DNA from: Sphagnum compactum
Taxonomy: Eukaryota
Direction of reading: 5' to 3'
Assembly: GCA_965153455.1 (NCBI GenBank)
Contig: OZ234493.1
Location: forward strand, 2,666,001 to 2,730,000
DNA: 64,000 nucleotides
In this document: positions 46,261 through 60,279 of the stretch, in pieces
How the letters are laid out: every line of letters starts with the position of its first letter
Position numbering within the stretch: position 1 is the first letter of the stretch
Notes under the pieces: model-generated
What the model saw: the letters and a program-made list of their open reading frames with translations, nothing else
Database searches by the model: none
What the model was told of the DNA's origin: nothing
Position numbers and translations under genes: made by a program

Positions 46261-48729
46261 TGGGACAAAAGATGTCATGATAGTGTTGTAGTGTTTCCCT
46301 TCACTAGAATTGTCTCATATCCTTTGTCTACAACTTCAAACTTGTAAAGTATATAAGTAGGTGAAGGAATGGACTTGAATCATGGAATGCATTATAAACA
46401 TAGTGTATGTGCCATTTGGGATGAACCGGTCAAAAGGCTTGTACCCAACAAAATAAATAAGATCCTACCTACCTACTTAGCCTATGTTAAGTGGTTTATT
46501 TTACCCTAGCCTAACCTAAAATAAGTTGCCTACTATAGTTTAGCCTAGAATAGATTATAATTAATTAATTATAAAAATCAATTACTATAATTATAATATT
46601 TAATCATTGTAATTATAATATATGTTTTTTGAAATGGAAAATTGCCACGTGTTTTATGGCCATTGGTTCTTTAAATTACTACATGGTTAAATCCTAACCA
46701 CCCATCAATGACGCATTTGGTAGCATGTGACTATCCCAAATGTAGTTGTAAATTGGGGTTCCACGCCATATTAAGAATCATCCATGGTAATGGATGAGAA
46801 ATTCTAGCCTAGTCGTAAGAGGTTTGCAACTACATTTTCAATTTCATGGCCATGTCATGTCTTTTGCAATTGATTGTTTTTGGCACTTGTTTTAGGCGAT
46901 TAAGCTATTTTCAGTCACATGTGTCCATTACAATTACAAATGAGTCGCAAATTGAATCGTTGATTTTCAAATTTCTTCTAGTGTATATTAATCACCATAT
47001 GCATTTGAATAAAGAGTACCCAAATAAAAAAATGAAAACGTCACAAAAATGAGTCACTCAATTGTGCATTTACCCTTGAAGGCATAGTAGCATCATTTGC
47101 CATGATTGAATTTTCACTTGCATCAACAAAAACCAAAAGGATAACCAGAGTAACTTAATATTTGTATTCAAAGGAAGTTGATGCTTTTATTTAAGAAATT
47201 AGAATAGGTGTACCGTGTGGTGGTGACAGCGAAGCTACATGAAAACCCAAACATCTTAGTTCCAATGGAGTCATGAAACCTTAATTTTGATGGTGGATTT
47301 CAAAAATACATGGGAATTCTCGAAATGGAAATTCTATTTCCAATTTATTATGTACTACACAATTAATTAATACATGGTAAGGAATAATTAGGGGGTATTA
47401 AATAAATAAATAGTACATGAAAATGTTACTAATGTTATTGAGTTGATTTAGTCAAATGAGAATTCAAGAATGTTTACTTATTACTACCAGTAAATTATCC
47501 TAGGAATTAGTACTTTGAAAAAATAAGAATGAAAAAGTAGGCAGTTAAAGTCAAACGGATGGAATTGGCAACAATCAAACTTAAGGACCCCATCAAGATA
47601 TCCAATGTGAGGAAAATGATGAGTCCTTTAATTTCATTGGTCATGAGGATTATCATCATATTTTGATTAAAAGATGGAAACCTCTTAGTGTTTTATTGGG
47701 CACAAGAATTCTCATCCTAAACTCCATTAGAAGGTCAAATCATCATTGATTCCCATTGGTTCATAAAAGATGAGGAGGCCATTGATTGGAAGGAAATATT
47801 TTCACAAATTTCCAATGAACAAAGAGAACAAACTCAAGGAGGGGTCATGGGAAGCTTTTGGATTTTGAAATTTTTGTTTTCTTATTTTTGGGAAGAGGAA
47901 AAAAACTTAGGAAAAAGAGGAAAATGAGTGTGTGAAAGGAGAACTAGTTTGTTCTGTGTGAAAAAATGTTATTCATGAAAATGATGGTGTGCAAACAAAA
48001 AAACATGGAAGAAAGTTATGTGTAGCAAGTAGTCATAGTTGGAGTTCATAGAATAATTTCCATGAACAAACATGTGGACTTTTTACTAAAATAATTTTTT
48101 TTCTCTCATATCCATTGTTGGATTTATTTCAAACTTCAAACAACTTTATTTAAGAAGTGTAGAATGTTCTCTCAAAATTTCAGCATCATCAAAGCTCTTA
48201 TAAAAGAACTACACTTGCCAGAAGTAAAGGGGTCTAAAGCCGTTTTTTTCCTCAAAACTGGTCAAAATAACTTTTGATTTTGAAAAATAACTTTTGATTT
48301 CAGAATAAAAACTTATAAGATTTTGTATCATTTTTGCCTTTGAGATTATTTTTTCCAACAACTCTATGCATGTTAGATCTGAAGATTGTATGAAAATGTT
48401 ATGATGAATGGAACCAAGGGGGGTCAACTATCAAAACGTGAACAGTGACTAAACATCAACATAATTTTTTTTACATCTTATCATGGTAAGTCTTGATTCT
48501 TTCAAAATGTCTTAATATTCTCCAAGTGGACACAATGCACTAGATTCTTTAATGAGATTCATTACATTCCATTGAACCATCTCAACTTGTTAGAATACAA
48601 CTACATAGTAGTTCCACCCCTAAATGAATTTTGTGAGTTGCATATTTTCATGTGGAAGGGTGTGTAAGAATTCCTCACACTTGACAACATCACTATTCGT
48701 TCAGCCCAACCATACAGGGTAAACTTTGA

Positions 48730-50070
48730 GGTTCAATGGTCGTGTGAGGATGAAATCTTCATTATGTAAATATTTAAAAGGTGTGTAAGGAGCCATTTCA
48801 TTATTGGTTTCATGTTTTTAGGGCCACAAAAGGGTTCCAACATTATGTCTTCCTTGTCCACAGGGATAGGTGAGTTGGGCTCTACAAACTGTGAATGATT
48901 AACCCTCCAATTACTAGTTGGCCAGAGGATTTCCAACAACACTGTACTTTGTTGTGGAAAAGGGTTTGCCAACATCTCTAAAATAACCTCCTAGTAATCA
49001 ATGTAAAACTTCATTATATCAGCGTACTTTGGATCTTTCGACATTCAGGTTCCAGAATTCCAAATACTTCAAAATTCCAATAGCAATGAAATTCTACTTC
49101 TCCATTACCTCAGTAACATCGTTCCCCCAAATTGGACAAAATGGAACAAACTTAGAAACTCCACTTGGTAACTTTGGCCAACCTTTATCGTTAAACTTCC
49201 ACAATCGTATAGCAAGGCCTTCCTTCGAACTCCACATCTTATCATTTGGTGAAAGATTGTATTACATCACAGGCCATTCAAAGGAATTGACAAAAAATGG
49301 AAGAAAGCATATCTATATGGCCTACTAATACCTCTGCATTGTCTTTTGAATACCCTTGCACCCAAGTTTTGAAATCATGAATTTCTTGAATCAATTGGGG
49401 AATGAAAGGTCGTTCTTGAGAATCCATGAATGCTTTCATCAAGTCTGCCAAACAATAGTTGGATTGTTCTCTTAACTTTTTTGACAAGTAGCTGAAACAC
49501 CCATCAATGTCCTCATGTGTGTGCCCCACAACAAGGAAACCCAACCGCACCTCCTCAAAGACATCCCTCGCAGTTAAGAGTGAAAGAAATGCAAGCAAGT
49601 ATCTATTTTTGTTGTCTTTCACACAATTGTCCATTTGAAGCAACAATTTCCATGGCAAAGGTTTTGCACCAATAAATTGTTCAAGGGCTTTCAATCCTTC
49701 ATGCATTGAGACTTCCCTTGCATTAGGAGTGAAAAAAATTCACTCTAAAACTCCTTTTCAAACAACTTCTTCAACTCATGAATTTGCTCCTTCTCCAAGG
49801 TTTTTAGAAAGTGAAATAGCAAAGCAATGGTGAAATTAGGGTCATTAGGCCACAATTCATTTGAATATTGAGTGTAGGCTTCATCTCCATGCCCATGAAC
49901 TATCATTCCCGTTAGTGTAACTGGCAATTGACCCAACCTCACCATCATTTTGTTTTTCATTTTAAGCCTTGGGATGGCAATCTTGGAATGATCCATCATA
50001 TTGTGAATGACACACAAGAACTCTTCCTTCAATTGAACAAATTTTGTTTTCCAACTTCTATCACTAAAAG
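48730..50070 (-). pseudogene. DUF7869-like / Sola-type DNA transposase relic
   Basis: MDHSKIAIPR...LTGMIVHGHG...NDPNFTI followed by LLLQMDNCVKDNKNRY...GFLVVGHTHEDIDGCFS; split across several ORFs. No termini identified. Confidence 0.7.
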
Positions 50071-51667
50071 AAATTATGTCCTTTGCAACTAAAAAATCTA
50101 TGACTACAAGTCCTAAATGACTATATGTATGACTTTGGTCATAAACTATTACGTCGAATCCTATGTGTAAAAAGTTATAGTCATACATTAATGGGGCATG
50201 TGACTAATAAATGATGAGGTGGTAACAAGATGGAGGATGTCAATTTTCATCACTTTTATCTCATCTATATGGCATCCATGATTGATGACAAAGTGACATG
50301 GATGTTCGATTGTCATTACAATGATTAAAAAATAACTATAAGTCATTTGATATGAACATAAACAACCCTACCCCCATCCCCCACCTACCTATGTACCTAC
50401 CTATTTACCTACCCACCCACCCATCTATTAACCTACCTATTTGTTTACTCACCAAACCACCTACTTATCACATACCACTACTATAGAACTTGTCCCTAAA
50501 CCACTCAAAGTTCCACGCACCTTCCACTAGAAAGGATTTTGTTTCACCTTGGTGAATTTCCAATGGACATCCCTAATGATCAAAAACCCATGGCAAGGTC
50601 TACACTACAATTCCACTATGCACTAGCTTGGTCCACTAATCCAATTACTTTCCACCCAATCCAATATAGTTGACAAACTTCCATTTAAAATTTTAGCATC
50701 AAATTTTTTTCACATGCTTGCCCATGGACATTGTCTAAATTCCCAAGGTGGATCTTGGGTGAATGTTGTGGCCTCACACTTGGTAGTCATGGAAGTTCCA
50801 TCTTTCTTCTTGATGGCATAATAATACATTAATGAACTGCAACATGTTCAGTTAAGTTAATTTTTTTGATGACCCCTATAGATCCAATTAACAAGGTTAG
50901 ATTGCGACATTTGACAATGCATACATTGACATGACATACAACATGACTAGTTCATGGGCTTTTGATAACACATGTAGATTCCATTCATGAAATTAGATGT
51001 TCAAATTTTGACAAATATGAATGGTAAGATTAGTTGAATTTCACCTTTTTGCTTGATCACAAAGAAATACAATGACATTGGATAATGTTGAGGTATTGAA
51101 CTTTTAATGACAATTACAGATCTAATCCATAATAGAAAAAAGATAAGATGAAAAACATCCAGATGAAGGGAAATGACAAATGATTAAATGAACAAAGTAA
51201 ACAAATGACATCATAGCTTGAAAAAAAACACCCTTGCTAGGCCCTAAGACACTCTAGATCCTTTTTCACTCTTGTTTTCCCCTCTCTACAATAGTCTTGT
51301 TGTAGGATATTCTCAACAAGCTAATAATTGCCTACAACAACCTCAGCTTCTCTTAATGAGCATGAATGTAGTTATGAGAATACTCACATGTTGCTACAAT
51401 GCCAACTCTTGATCATATCACCCTCCTAACATTCTTACAATATAATTTACATACCACCACTACAACTTTTAATACAACTCAATTCAACTATGCTAGTTGG
51501 CTTGCAACTTCCTCCCACAAAACATATAGTAGCAGTAGCAAGTCTTAAATTTATTACAATAATTCTTCCACGGTTAGACTTGTTTTTATTCCTCCATGAT
51601 GATGAATAATGATGATGATTTCTTTCTTTGTTGCTTTTGAAATGAATTTCAGTATACACTTGTTAAT

Positions 51668-52477
51668 TGTCGCAACCCCACTTTGAGAGAGTGTGAGGAT
51701 GAGACTCACACTTTCGAAATGGGGACTTGGGAGTCCTCCCGGACTCCCAAAACTTCAGAGTTCAATGCAGGGGCCAAAACACCTCGCATTGAAAAGTTCT
51801 TAATATCATTGAAAAGCTATTGAAGTGCAGATGTTGAAAATGGGCTGGCATGAGCCATTTGGACATCTGCAGCATAAGTTATGACCAAAAGAAGGGCCGG
51901 GAGTCAAACTGGCAGTTTGGCTCCCGACAACTAAAAGTCGGGAATTGACCTGACCCCAGTGTGTGCAGGTAAAGTACACACCGTTGGAAAGCTCTTGACG
52001 AGAACTATAACTTTGCTTTAAACCTCATCCCAATAGGAGGTCTGAGCAAAGAGTTATAGCATCGCAAAGTTGTGGGAGTCTAAACCGGGATAGTTTCGGG
52101 ACTCCTCTTTGGGAGTCCCAGGACAAAAAACCATTCGGGCGTAGGCTCCGCGGAGAGACGCAGAGAATACTATATGGGGGAAGATGGTGGTTTCCCCTGA
52201 GTCCGGGCCGTGGTGAGTCTTGTGAATCCAGAGTTGCCCGTGGCTTGTCCTAGCACTAAAGGTGATCTAGAAAGTGAACTAACCAACTTGTTGGTTGGTT
52301 TGATGTAGATTTGAGTGAGTAACTAAAGCTTGTCACTCTTCCTAGTCCCATCTCGGAGCTTCAGCACGCCCCTCTACCCATTTTAGTGCTGAGAGCGTGC
52401 CCCGAGTTCCTCACAATTTCGCTGTTTCAGTAACTTGGACCCATCTTGGGTCTAACTAGGAACTTGGGAGCGCGTCA
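51668..52477 (+). mobile_element. Solo LTR, 810 bp, same family as 1641-2547
   Basis: TGTCGCAACCC...GCGCGTCA (TG..CA); flanks TTAAT/TTAAC (4/5); GC-rich island in AT-rich surroundings. Confidence 0.78.
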
Positions 52478-55400
52478 TTAACACAGTAACTCCCAATCGT
52501 TTATGCACCAAGTCTAGAACTATTTTCTACACTACATCCATGAGAAGCTCTTGCAATGTGTTGTTTCTTAAATGTTCATAACATTATTCAAAACACCAAT
52601 TATGACATCACAAACACTTAGTGAAATTTCTGGTGCCTCCATTTCCAAGAGCAAGGCTTCACAAGTACATTGGGTTCCACTCGCTGTGCCTTTCAATTTG
52701 AAGGGTCCCAAATCAGAAATCTAACTTATTGCTAATGAATCCTCTAGTGTCTCTTCATGGTTTAGTCTTATCTGAGAATATGGACTAGATTGACAAAGCT
52801 AAAAAGGAAACAAAAAGAACATACCTCTTTGACTTTGTTATGTTTTCAGCTTCCCCATTCCCATCAAGCTTGTAACTCAAAATGAAAGAAGGATACCAAC
52901 ATCCTTGCCAAAAGTTGCAAGGGTAGTCTGTACTTGAAAATTAACATTTCCATTAAACATTTGTAATCTTCAATTAGCATAACATGAGGAAGTTATGGTG
53001 AATATATCCAGGTTATTATAATTGCAAAATGGGCCTACAACCTAGCCCAAGGACATCATACATAGATAATGGTCATGGATCTACTATAGTTGTTGTATAA
53101 GGGAATAAACAAGTCCACTAACTAATAAAAACTGAAGAATCCATGTAGCACAAGTAGATGTCCTTCCAAGTCTCAAGGACACTAAGGGTCAGGAAAGCAA
53201 CCTTAAGGGCACAGGGTCCTTCTTTATGTCCTTAATTTGCTTCATTATTTGTGCACAATTGTGTGGGTGGTGAGAACTTGAAAAGCCTGCCCTCACCAGT
53301 GCTTTTTTTAGGAATTTTTTATGTAGACAAAGTGGATATCAACCATAAGATGATGTAGAAAAAAGTGACTATCATTCAGAGGAAAATTTAATCAAATCTG
53401 GCTACAAAGCAATCATGAAGTATAAATCTTTAATCATCCTTCTATATTTTTAGCTATGCACTTTAAACAAAATTAAAAAATCTGAATTTTTAAACTATTT
53501 TTTCCTCACTTTTGGGCAATTGAAAAAATCAATTCATTTTTGAACTTTTGACCTTTAATTTTGCTTTTGAGCGAGGGTTTGTCAGTAAAAATAAGGCTGA
53601 CCCCACCTCCTGCCAAAGTACTTGAAATATTTGTATTGGGTAGATGTCCCCACCTCATGCCCAAATGCCTAAAATGATGCCTAAGTAACTTTATGTGCAG
53701 TAAGTTGTAACTGGAAGAGATATTTGACAATTTGGAAGACTTATTTCTTGGAGGGCATGGATGGACAAGCTTTGTGACCCTCAAACATGAAGTCTAGAGC
53801 AATTTGATTCATGTTATGAAATTATTAAATAATATGGTTGGATGTGGTTGGGTAGGGGTGATGTTCATAATGATGGGATGACATAAGTTGTTGGTAGTTG
53901 GGGTTGTGGGTGAGGGGTTGTGGGAACTGCTGTTTTAATCACTAGGAAATTCACATTCACCGCATGCATGATGATCATAAAAAGTCGGATAGGTACAAGC
54001 AATTCCAAGGAAGTTTCCTACCATATTTGGAGGTCACATTATATCCTTGAATATTGACCCTAATATTATGATGGATATACTATGCCTAGTCCTCAAGGGT
54101 GGGAGGGATCCTATGTATAGGCATGAGATCACACCCACTCTTGAAGAGTAGGCAATAGGACTCTTGCCCTTTCGTGCCTCATGATCCGAGTATGTTTAAA
54201 TGCACGATAATTCTTGCCTTGTGCTTTACAATTGGTATAATTTCCCTATAATTTTCAACTTTCTACTCAGTGGTTTGTAAAGTTTTCACAAGGAAAGAGG
54301 ACAACTCCCCCAACACAAGTCATCTAATAAGATTATATTGTGGTTGATTGTGGTACTCCGGTTGAAGCTCAATTGCAAAAAGTAGGATGAAGACATGCAA
54401 CCCAATGGCTGGAATCATATCACCTAACTTACCAACCTCTGTATCTTGATTCTCGACTACCTCACGATTAGGCCTATGCACCCTTCAAATCAACATTTGT
54501 CAACAATCCCCATTTGTGCATCACTACAATGTGACATCTAGGAACTAACTAACTACCAGCAGTTGTGAGATGTGCGTTGCTGAGTACAAACCATTATCAT
54601 GTTGGTGGCTTCTTCATATCCGTACTTATGTCATAAAAGCATTTAAAACTTATTTTCCAAAAACTTGTGGTTTTTTGGGCATTCTCTAATCTTTCTTTCT
54701 TTTGCAACCCATTTCATATCAAAATTCATTTGGTGTATATTTTCATTATGTTTACTTGATTAGGACTTGTATAAAACCTCTGAGCATTGGTTCATTCGTT
54801 ATTGTGTGCAAAAGTAATTCCATACCAACGTTGGGAACTTCATGAAATATATAAATTTAGTACAATTTAACACTTCCCTGGTTTTCAATTTACCCAAAAA
54901 AACAAACCCATCGATTTTCAGGCAGGCTCATTCTGGCTAGCGAGAGAACAGTTGGGTATTTGACCAGTTTTCAAGTTAAAACAAATTTTAACCTCAGACC
55001 TCCTAGAGGAAGACAAGGGTATTTATGAGTGTGTGTTGGGGTGGATCTTAGAATTAGAAACAGATAATTAACCAGTTATCAGCCTCTGTATATATTAGTG
55101 TTGAGTGGGTATCAAAAAAAATTGTGAGAACTGATCAAGAGTTAAATCTGATTCTCACGATGAACATCAATCGATATCATATCAAGTGATATTCAATATG
55201 ATATCCAAATTGTTAGATCTTATGGAGTGAGGATCTTTTTGAATCAGGTCTTTATGTATTTTTCAAATATTGATACTTGGGCAAGGTAATGGAGAATACT
55301 TGAGGTAGGTTTTCAGGAGTCTACTATTTACTCAAGGTAGTAGGAGTTTCTTGGCAAGTGGCTTCTAGAAGCTTCTAGAGGAACCCAATGTTCTTAGATT

Positions 55401-55744
55401 TTAGATTTAGGGAATTAGGGTGGCTACCGCTCAATGGACATCTTTAGTGGAGAGGGAAAACTTGTCTTCACATAGATAAATTGACCCAAACTTTCATTTG
55501 GGCCTCACATTTCTCCATAGCTCAAGTGTTTTGAAGTTGGGTTGTTGAAGATTTGTGTGCATTGAGGAAATTGATTTTTTTTTGTTTTTTCCAACTCACA
55601 ACTCTACTTGCACATCTTCTTCTTGGCAAGATTTCCTTGTGCATTTCTTTTTTAGTAGTGATGGCATTGCTTTTTCAAATACGTGATTGTGCTCTTAACT
55701 TTGCTTGTGCATTTTTGCCATGGTTCCTAGCTTTGCTTGTTGAT

Positions 55745-55960
55745 CTACGCATGTACTCTCCCCCCCTCCTGTTTGCTTGTCTAAGTGTGAGATTGTAGCA
55801 TTTCCTTCTTAGTTTTTGGCTTTGTTCATTGATTTTTTGCATGTACTTCCCCTTCCTTGGTTTGCTTGTGCAAGTGTGAGATTGTAGCATTTCCTTCCTA
55901 GCTATTGGCTTTGTTTGTTGAGCTATTGCATGTATTTCCCCTCCCTTTGCTTGTGTAGTT
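55745..55960. repeat. Tandem repeat, ~2.5 x 89 bp
   Basis: GCATGTA(C/T)T..CCCC..CC...TTTGCTTGT recurs at ~55749, ~55839 and ~55928; AAGTGTGAGATTGTAGCATTTCCTTC occurs twice. Confidence 0.8.
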
Positions 55961-57010
55961 GTCAAATCTTAGGAGGTTTGATTTTCAACGTTGAAGTTTT
56001 TTTTCAAGCTCCAAGTTTGGAACTTCTATTAATTTTTCACAATTTCTTTTTTTTTATCACGTTTTTTTAAAACTATTTTTAAAAAATTGGTTATTTTTGG
56101 ATTTTTGGGCTTTTATATCGTCACATTTCCTGTTTTTTAAATTAATTATTATTTAAAATATTAATTACTATAAATTCTTGTTGTGTAGGATCTAAACAAA
56201 TGTTGCTTGCAAATGAACAATTTTAAAAAGTTGATATTTGTGAGAGAATTGGCTTAATGAGTTGAGGGTTAGTTGTACTTCTCCATCTAACTTGATGGAG
56301 TTAATTGAAAGAAATATTGATCTAGAAAAAATCTGGAAAAAAATAGAGATGTCTTTATACAAGATGAGATTCAAGAAGTATGATGAAAACAACATTTGTT
56401 CATTTTCATCAATTTTTATTCATTTTTTTAATTTTTCTCAATTCATACTAGGTCTTTTTCGTTCTTATTTTATTAAAAAAATTGATAATTGACTTAAGAA
56501 AATTGCTTAAAATAACCTCCTATTATTAACTTTGTGAAAATCACCTATTTGAGAATAGACTTACAAATTTAAAAAATCAAAAGCTGAAACCGTGGTAGGT
56601 TTATTAAAATATGAAAAATAATAATTTAAGAATTGGGTTGGTTCTTCAAAATTGTTGCAAGGATTGGAATGAATGATTATTTTTAAAATGGGAACAATAC
56701 TTAACATTGGCATATACACACACTTACCTATCAATTCTCAAAACTTTCAAAGAATTCGTTTTTGGTATATAACTATTGTTCTCAAAAGATGGAAAATTCA
56801 AAGAACTAGTGGGTTTTTCATGAAAACAATGATTCTTTGTCATTTCTTTCATGAAAATTGCTATTTATTAAGGTTTTTGAAACAACTCGTAGTTCTTTGA
56901 TTTTGATTTTGTTTTCTTCTAAAAGCTGAAATTGACATTTCTTTGATTCGAGAATAGTTTAAAAACTAAAATTGATTGTTCTTTAAAAATTTAAAGAACC
57001 ACGCAACATT

Positions 57011-57180
57011 GGTTTTAACCTCTAGACCATGAGCTTTCATGTGTATGAGAGATCCATGAAATGGTTTATTTAAAGTTTATACATGTAGATGGCCATCAAC
57101 ATGTATAAACACTAAATAAAAAAGGTTTTGCCACATCCTTGAAATATGAGTGCTCATGATTTAATGGTTAAAGTTTTTAA
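57011..57180. repeat. Small palindromic MITE-like element
   Basis: Central GTTTATACATGTAGATGGCCATCAACATGTATAAAC (36 nt, one mismatched pair); outer arms TTTAACC..TAGACCATGAGC and GCTCATGATTTAATGGTTAAA. Confidence 0.65.
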
Positions 57181-60084
57181 CTTTAGGAGGTTTAAGTTCA
57201 AATCCTTGGAAAGCCTATCTATGAATAGGTCTTTAATCTTTCAGGTTTACTTACTTACCAGGCTCTAGACCTCTAAGCTTGAGTATCCCCAGCTTGAGAA
57301 CCAGACCTAATTAAGGCCTTTGACCTCACTTGAGTATCGAATGCAGTCGGATCTCAATTAATGAGAACCGATATGATGGTTATTGATCTGGGTGATATCC
57401 GCTTGACATTAATGTCTAGCTTGCTTACAAGCATGCAAGCAAAAGAACTTGTGAGAAAGACAAGAACTTCCTTATATACACCTTTATGGCATCAAGGACT
57501 TGACATTTAGACAAGAAAGAAAGTTTTGATTATTTTGCATACAATGACATTAGAACCAAATAAATCATTTATGAATCAATCAATACTTCAAGTGGGCCAA
57601 TGTGGGCGGATGACACATGATTCAAAACTGGATTTTCAAGATCACTTTCACTATTTTTATTGTATTGATTCATGACATACAACTTATTCATACATTATAG
57701 TATCCCACAATTTGCATTTATATAATATTTTTATTATCTACATATTACAAAATTTAATTCCAAGATTGAATTAAACCTTATACGTTTTTGCAATTCATTT
57801 TACATATAAATCAGCAAAGTGACCTTCTAAGACATGGTTTAAAGGGCTAGATCACATACTGTACATCACAAATTTCCATCATTATGAACTCTTAACCAAA
57901 TAGCAATTTGAGTTGAATACGCATATTGTTGAAATATGCTCAAAGTTCTGTAGAAAGTGGAAGAACAAGAAAAAGAAAAATATGCGACCACTAATAAAAT
58001 ATTTATTTGATCAAAATTTGGTATTACATGTGATCCAATGAAATTGGCATAGAACATTGATGTAACTCAAGATCTGTAGTAATCACCCAACCACATGACA
58101 AGAAAAAAATGGTATAAATTTTGTCTCCCCCAAAGACCTCCAAATGGTATTGACTATTAACAATAATTCCCTAATAAGAACATGTATCGATGTCTCAAAT
58201 GTCAAGTGCCCTTTTCAATTCCTTTTTACCAAGTCTCAATAACAAGAGCTATGATAAGAAAAATTGTCATAATGCTTTGGTAGGGTTACACTTAGTGTTC
58301 GGTGCTTACCTAGTTTGGAGGGTTAGAATCATCGATTTCAGTTAGTAAAAATTGATCAGAAATGAAGTCTGATTTTGGAATCGATTCAAGAATTGGAATT
58401 GGAGTTTATATTTTTGAAGAACCAAACCTGAAACAAGGTTTTTTATTCCATTCATGGGTAGAATTGAAAATGAGATTTTGGAAAAAAAATTAGAACTGAG
58501 AGCGAATAAGAGATCAACTAGTTGTAACTGCTGATTCCAGTTTGGGTTACCTGGAACCAAACCAGAACCAAGCTTAATTTTCAAAACCAAAATCAGAGCT
58601 GGAATTATAATTCTTCGAAGAACTAGACCTGCATTTGTGATTCAGTTCTGTGTGGAACTAGAACTGGAATGGTTCTGATTTTCAAAATTGGATATTGTTA
58701 TTCTTTCATAAGAATAAAGAATTGCCCAACACTAAGTACAACACAACTTCAATTCTCCACTATCTAGTTCATTAGTTCACCTCTCCTTGCCCTATTTACA
58801 TTCTAGGTAAGGAATGAGAGTTTGGAATTTAGATATGGGAACTTCGAAACAAAGTATGAAACAAGGCGAGCAAGGGCAATGCAGGAAAACTAACAATGGG
58901 AACCAACAGCAAAAATCTGAGAACATAACTAAACCGAATAACATAATTAACATATTTACAATGTTCAGAAGCAATTTCAAAACATTGTAATGGCAGTTTT
59001 TGTTACTGTTGGGTGCTTGTAAGAAATTACAACATATTCCTTCCGGTTTGTCAACCAGTGATCTCTCATATAAGGGGAGCTGATGAGACAAGTTTAAAAT
59101 TCCTCATTATAGGAACAACCAGATGTCATAACAGAAAAGAATCAGGTGTGCCAGAGAACTGCCACCTAAATTAGGAAAACCCGTCACAGTTGCTTCATAT
59201 GTGCAAATAACTATAGAACCAAATGTGACAGTTTTTCTCATTTCAGTTTTGAAGATCACAAAGTTAGAAGGGGTCTGGCTTGGTTCCACGTAACCCGGAC
59301 TAGAACCAACAAGCAACTGCTGGTTGTGTTCTACTTTGGTTCCAGTCTTTTTCTTGATTCAGAATGTTGAGGCGGCTATTTGACAGAAACCTGAAGAAAG
59401 TAGAATCGAAGAACCAAAGGTTTTTGTGAACAAAATGTAGGACTTTTTAAATTGCTTGAGTGTGATGGAGAAAGTGAGAGTGAATTGATGCAATTTTGTT
59501 AGAAATTTGAATGTGACATCATAACTCATAACTGATATCCACTGTTTCTCCTAACAAATAGTATTCATAATTTTCTGTGTATGGCGAATGGGGATTCTTC
59601 CTCAAATTTCAACAAAGATGAGAAAATCTTTTGTCGTGTTGCACTTCTTTTTTTCCCTCCTCCTATTTAAAAACTTCTAGTCAAGTTGTGTGCTTTTCTT
59701 CTATCTTCATCTTATCACAAAGTTGAAGCCTTGTTATGCATTGCAAGTTGTTGTAGGCTTGTGCTAAAGTTCGTTGCTTTCAACTTCCAACTATGCGCTT
59801 TGATTGTCATTCTCTTCGTGACCATTTGATTTCATTCCATGTCCTTGCTATAACTACCATGGAAATTTCATGTGCACAAACTAACAATGTTAGTATGTAA
59901 CCTTGGTCTAATGCTTGTGTTTGAGGATGATTGGAAGGATATAGTAACTTGAGCATTGTGAATGTTCTAAAGTAGGAGAATGCTAAAAATTTATTTATTT
60001 ATTTACCTACCAATCCTATGTCCTAAACCTAGGTTAGACCATCTAGTTAAGTCACCTACGCTATCTAATTAGTTCACCTAAGTA

Positions 60085-60156
60085 ACAAGTGTCAGGACTT
60101 GAACTCCTCACCTCCATATTGAAGAGCCAAGTCCTTAATCATTGCACCACCACCCC
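60085..60156 (-). other. tRNA-derived sequence (SINE head or tRNA pseudogene)
   Basis: Minus strand GGGGTGGTGGTGCAATGATTAAGGAC...GGAGTTCAAGTCCTGACAC has A-box-like and B-box-like motifs at tRNA spacing, but a poorly pairing acceptor stem. Confidence 0.5.
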
Positions 60157-60279
60157 ATAAGGTGATATTTTTGAACAACATAATTGTAATGAACATGATT
60201 TTGGACCAATATATTGTAATAAACTTTCATGAATTTTTTTCAACATATTGCACTAAATGAATTTGAATTTTTTTTATGT

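Noticed and set aside
41720-46983. A complete CACTA element from CACTAAAAAA to TTCTAGTG
   Set aside because: The termini match only over the first few bases and the flanks (CAT/TAT) are not identical, so the left end is unsupported.
58792-59091. Hydrophobic ORF faintly like a tetraspanin/TOM2A N-terminus
   Set aside because: Only a short resemblance (LKLLLNIVNMLIMLFGLVM), a non-ATG start and no supporting downstream exons; it would need BLASTX.
60085-60156. Functional tRNA gene
   Set aside because: The acceptor and anticodon stems pair poorly; kept only as a tRNA-derived relic.
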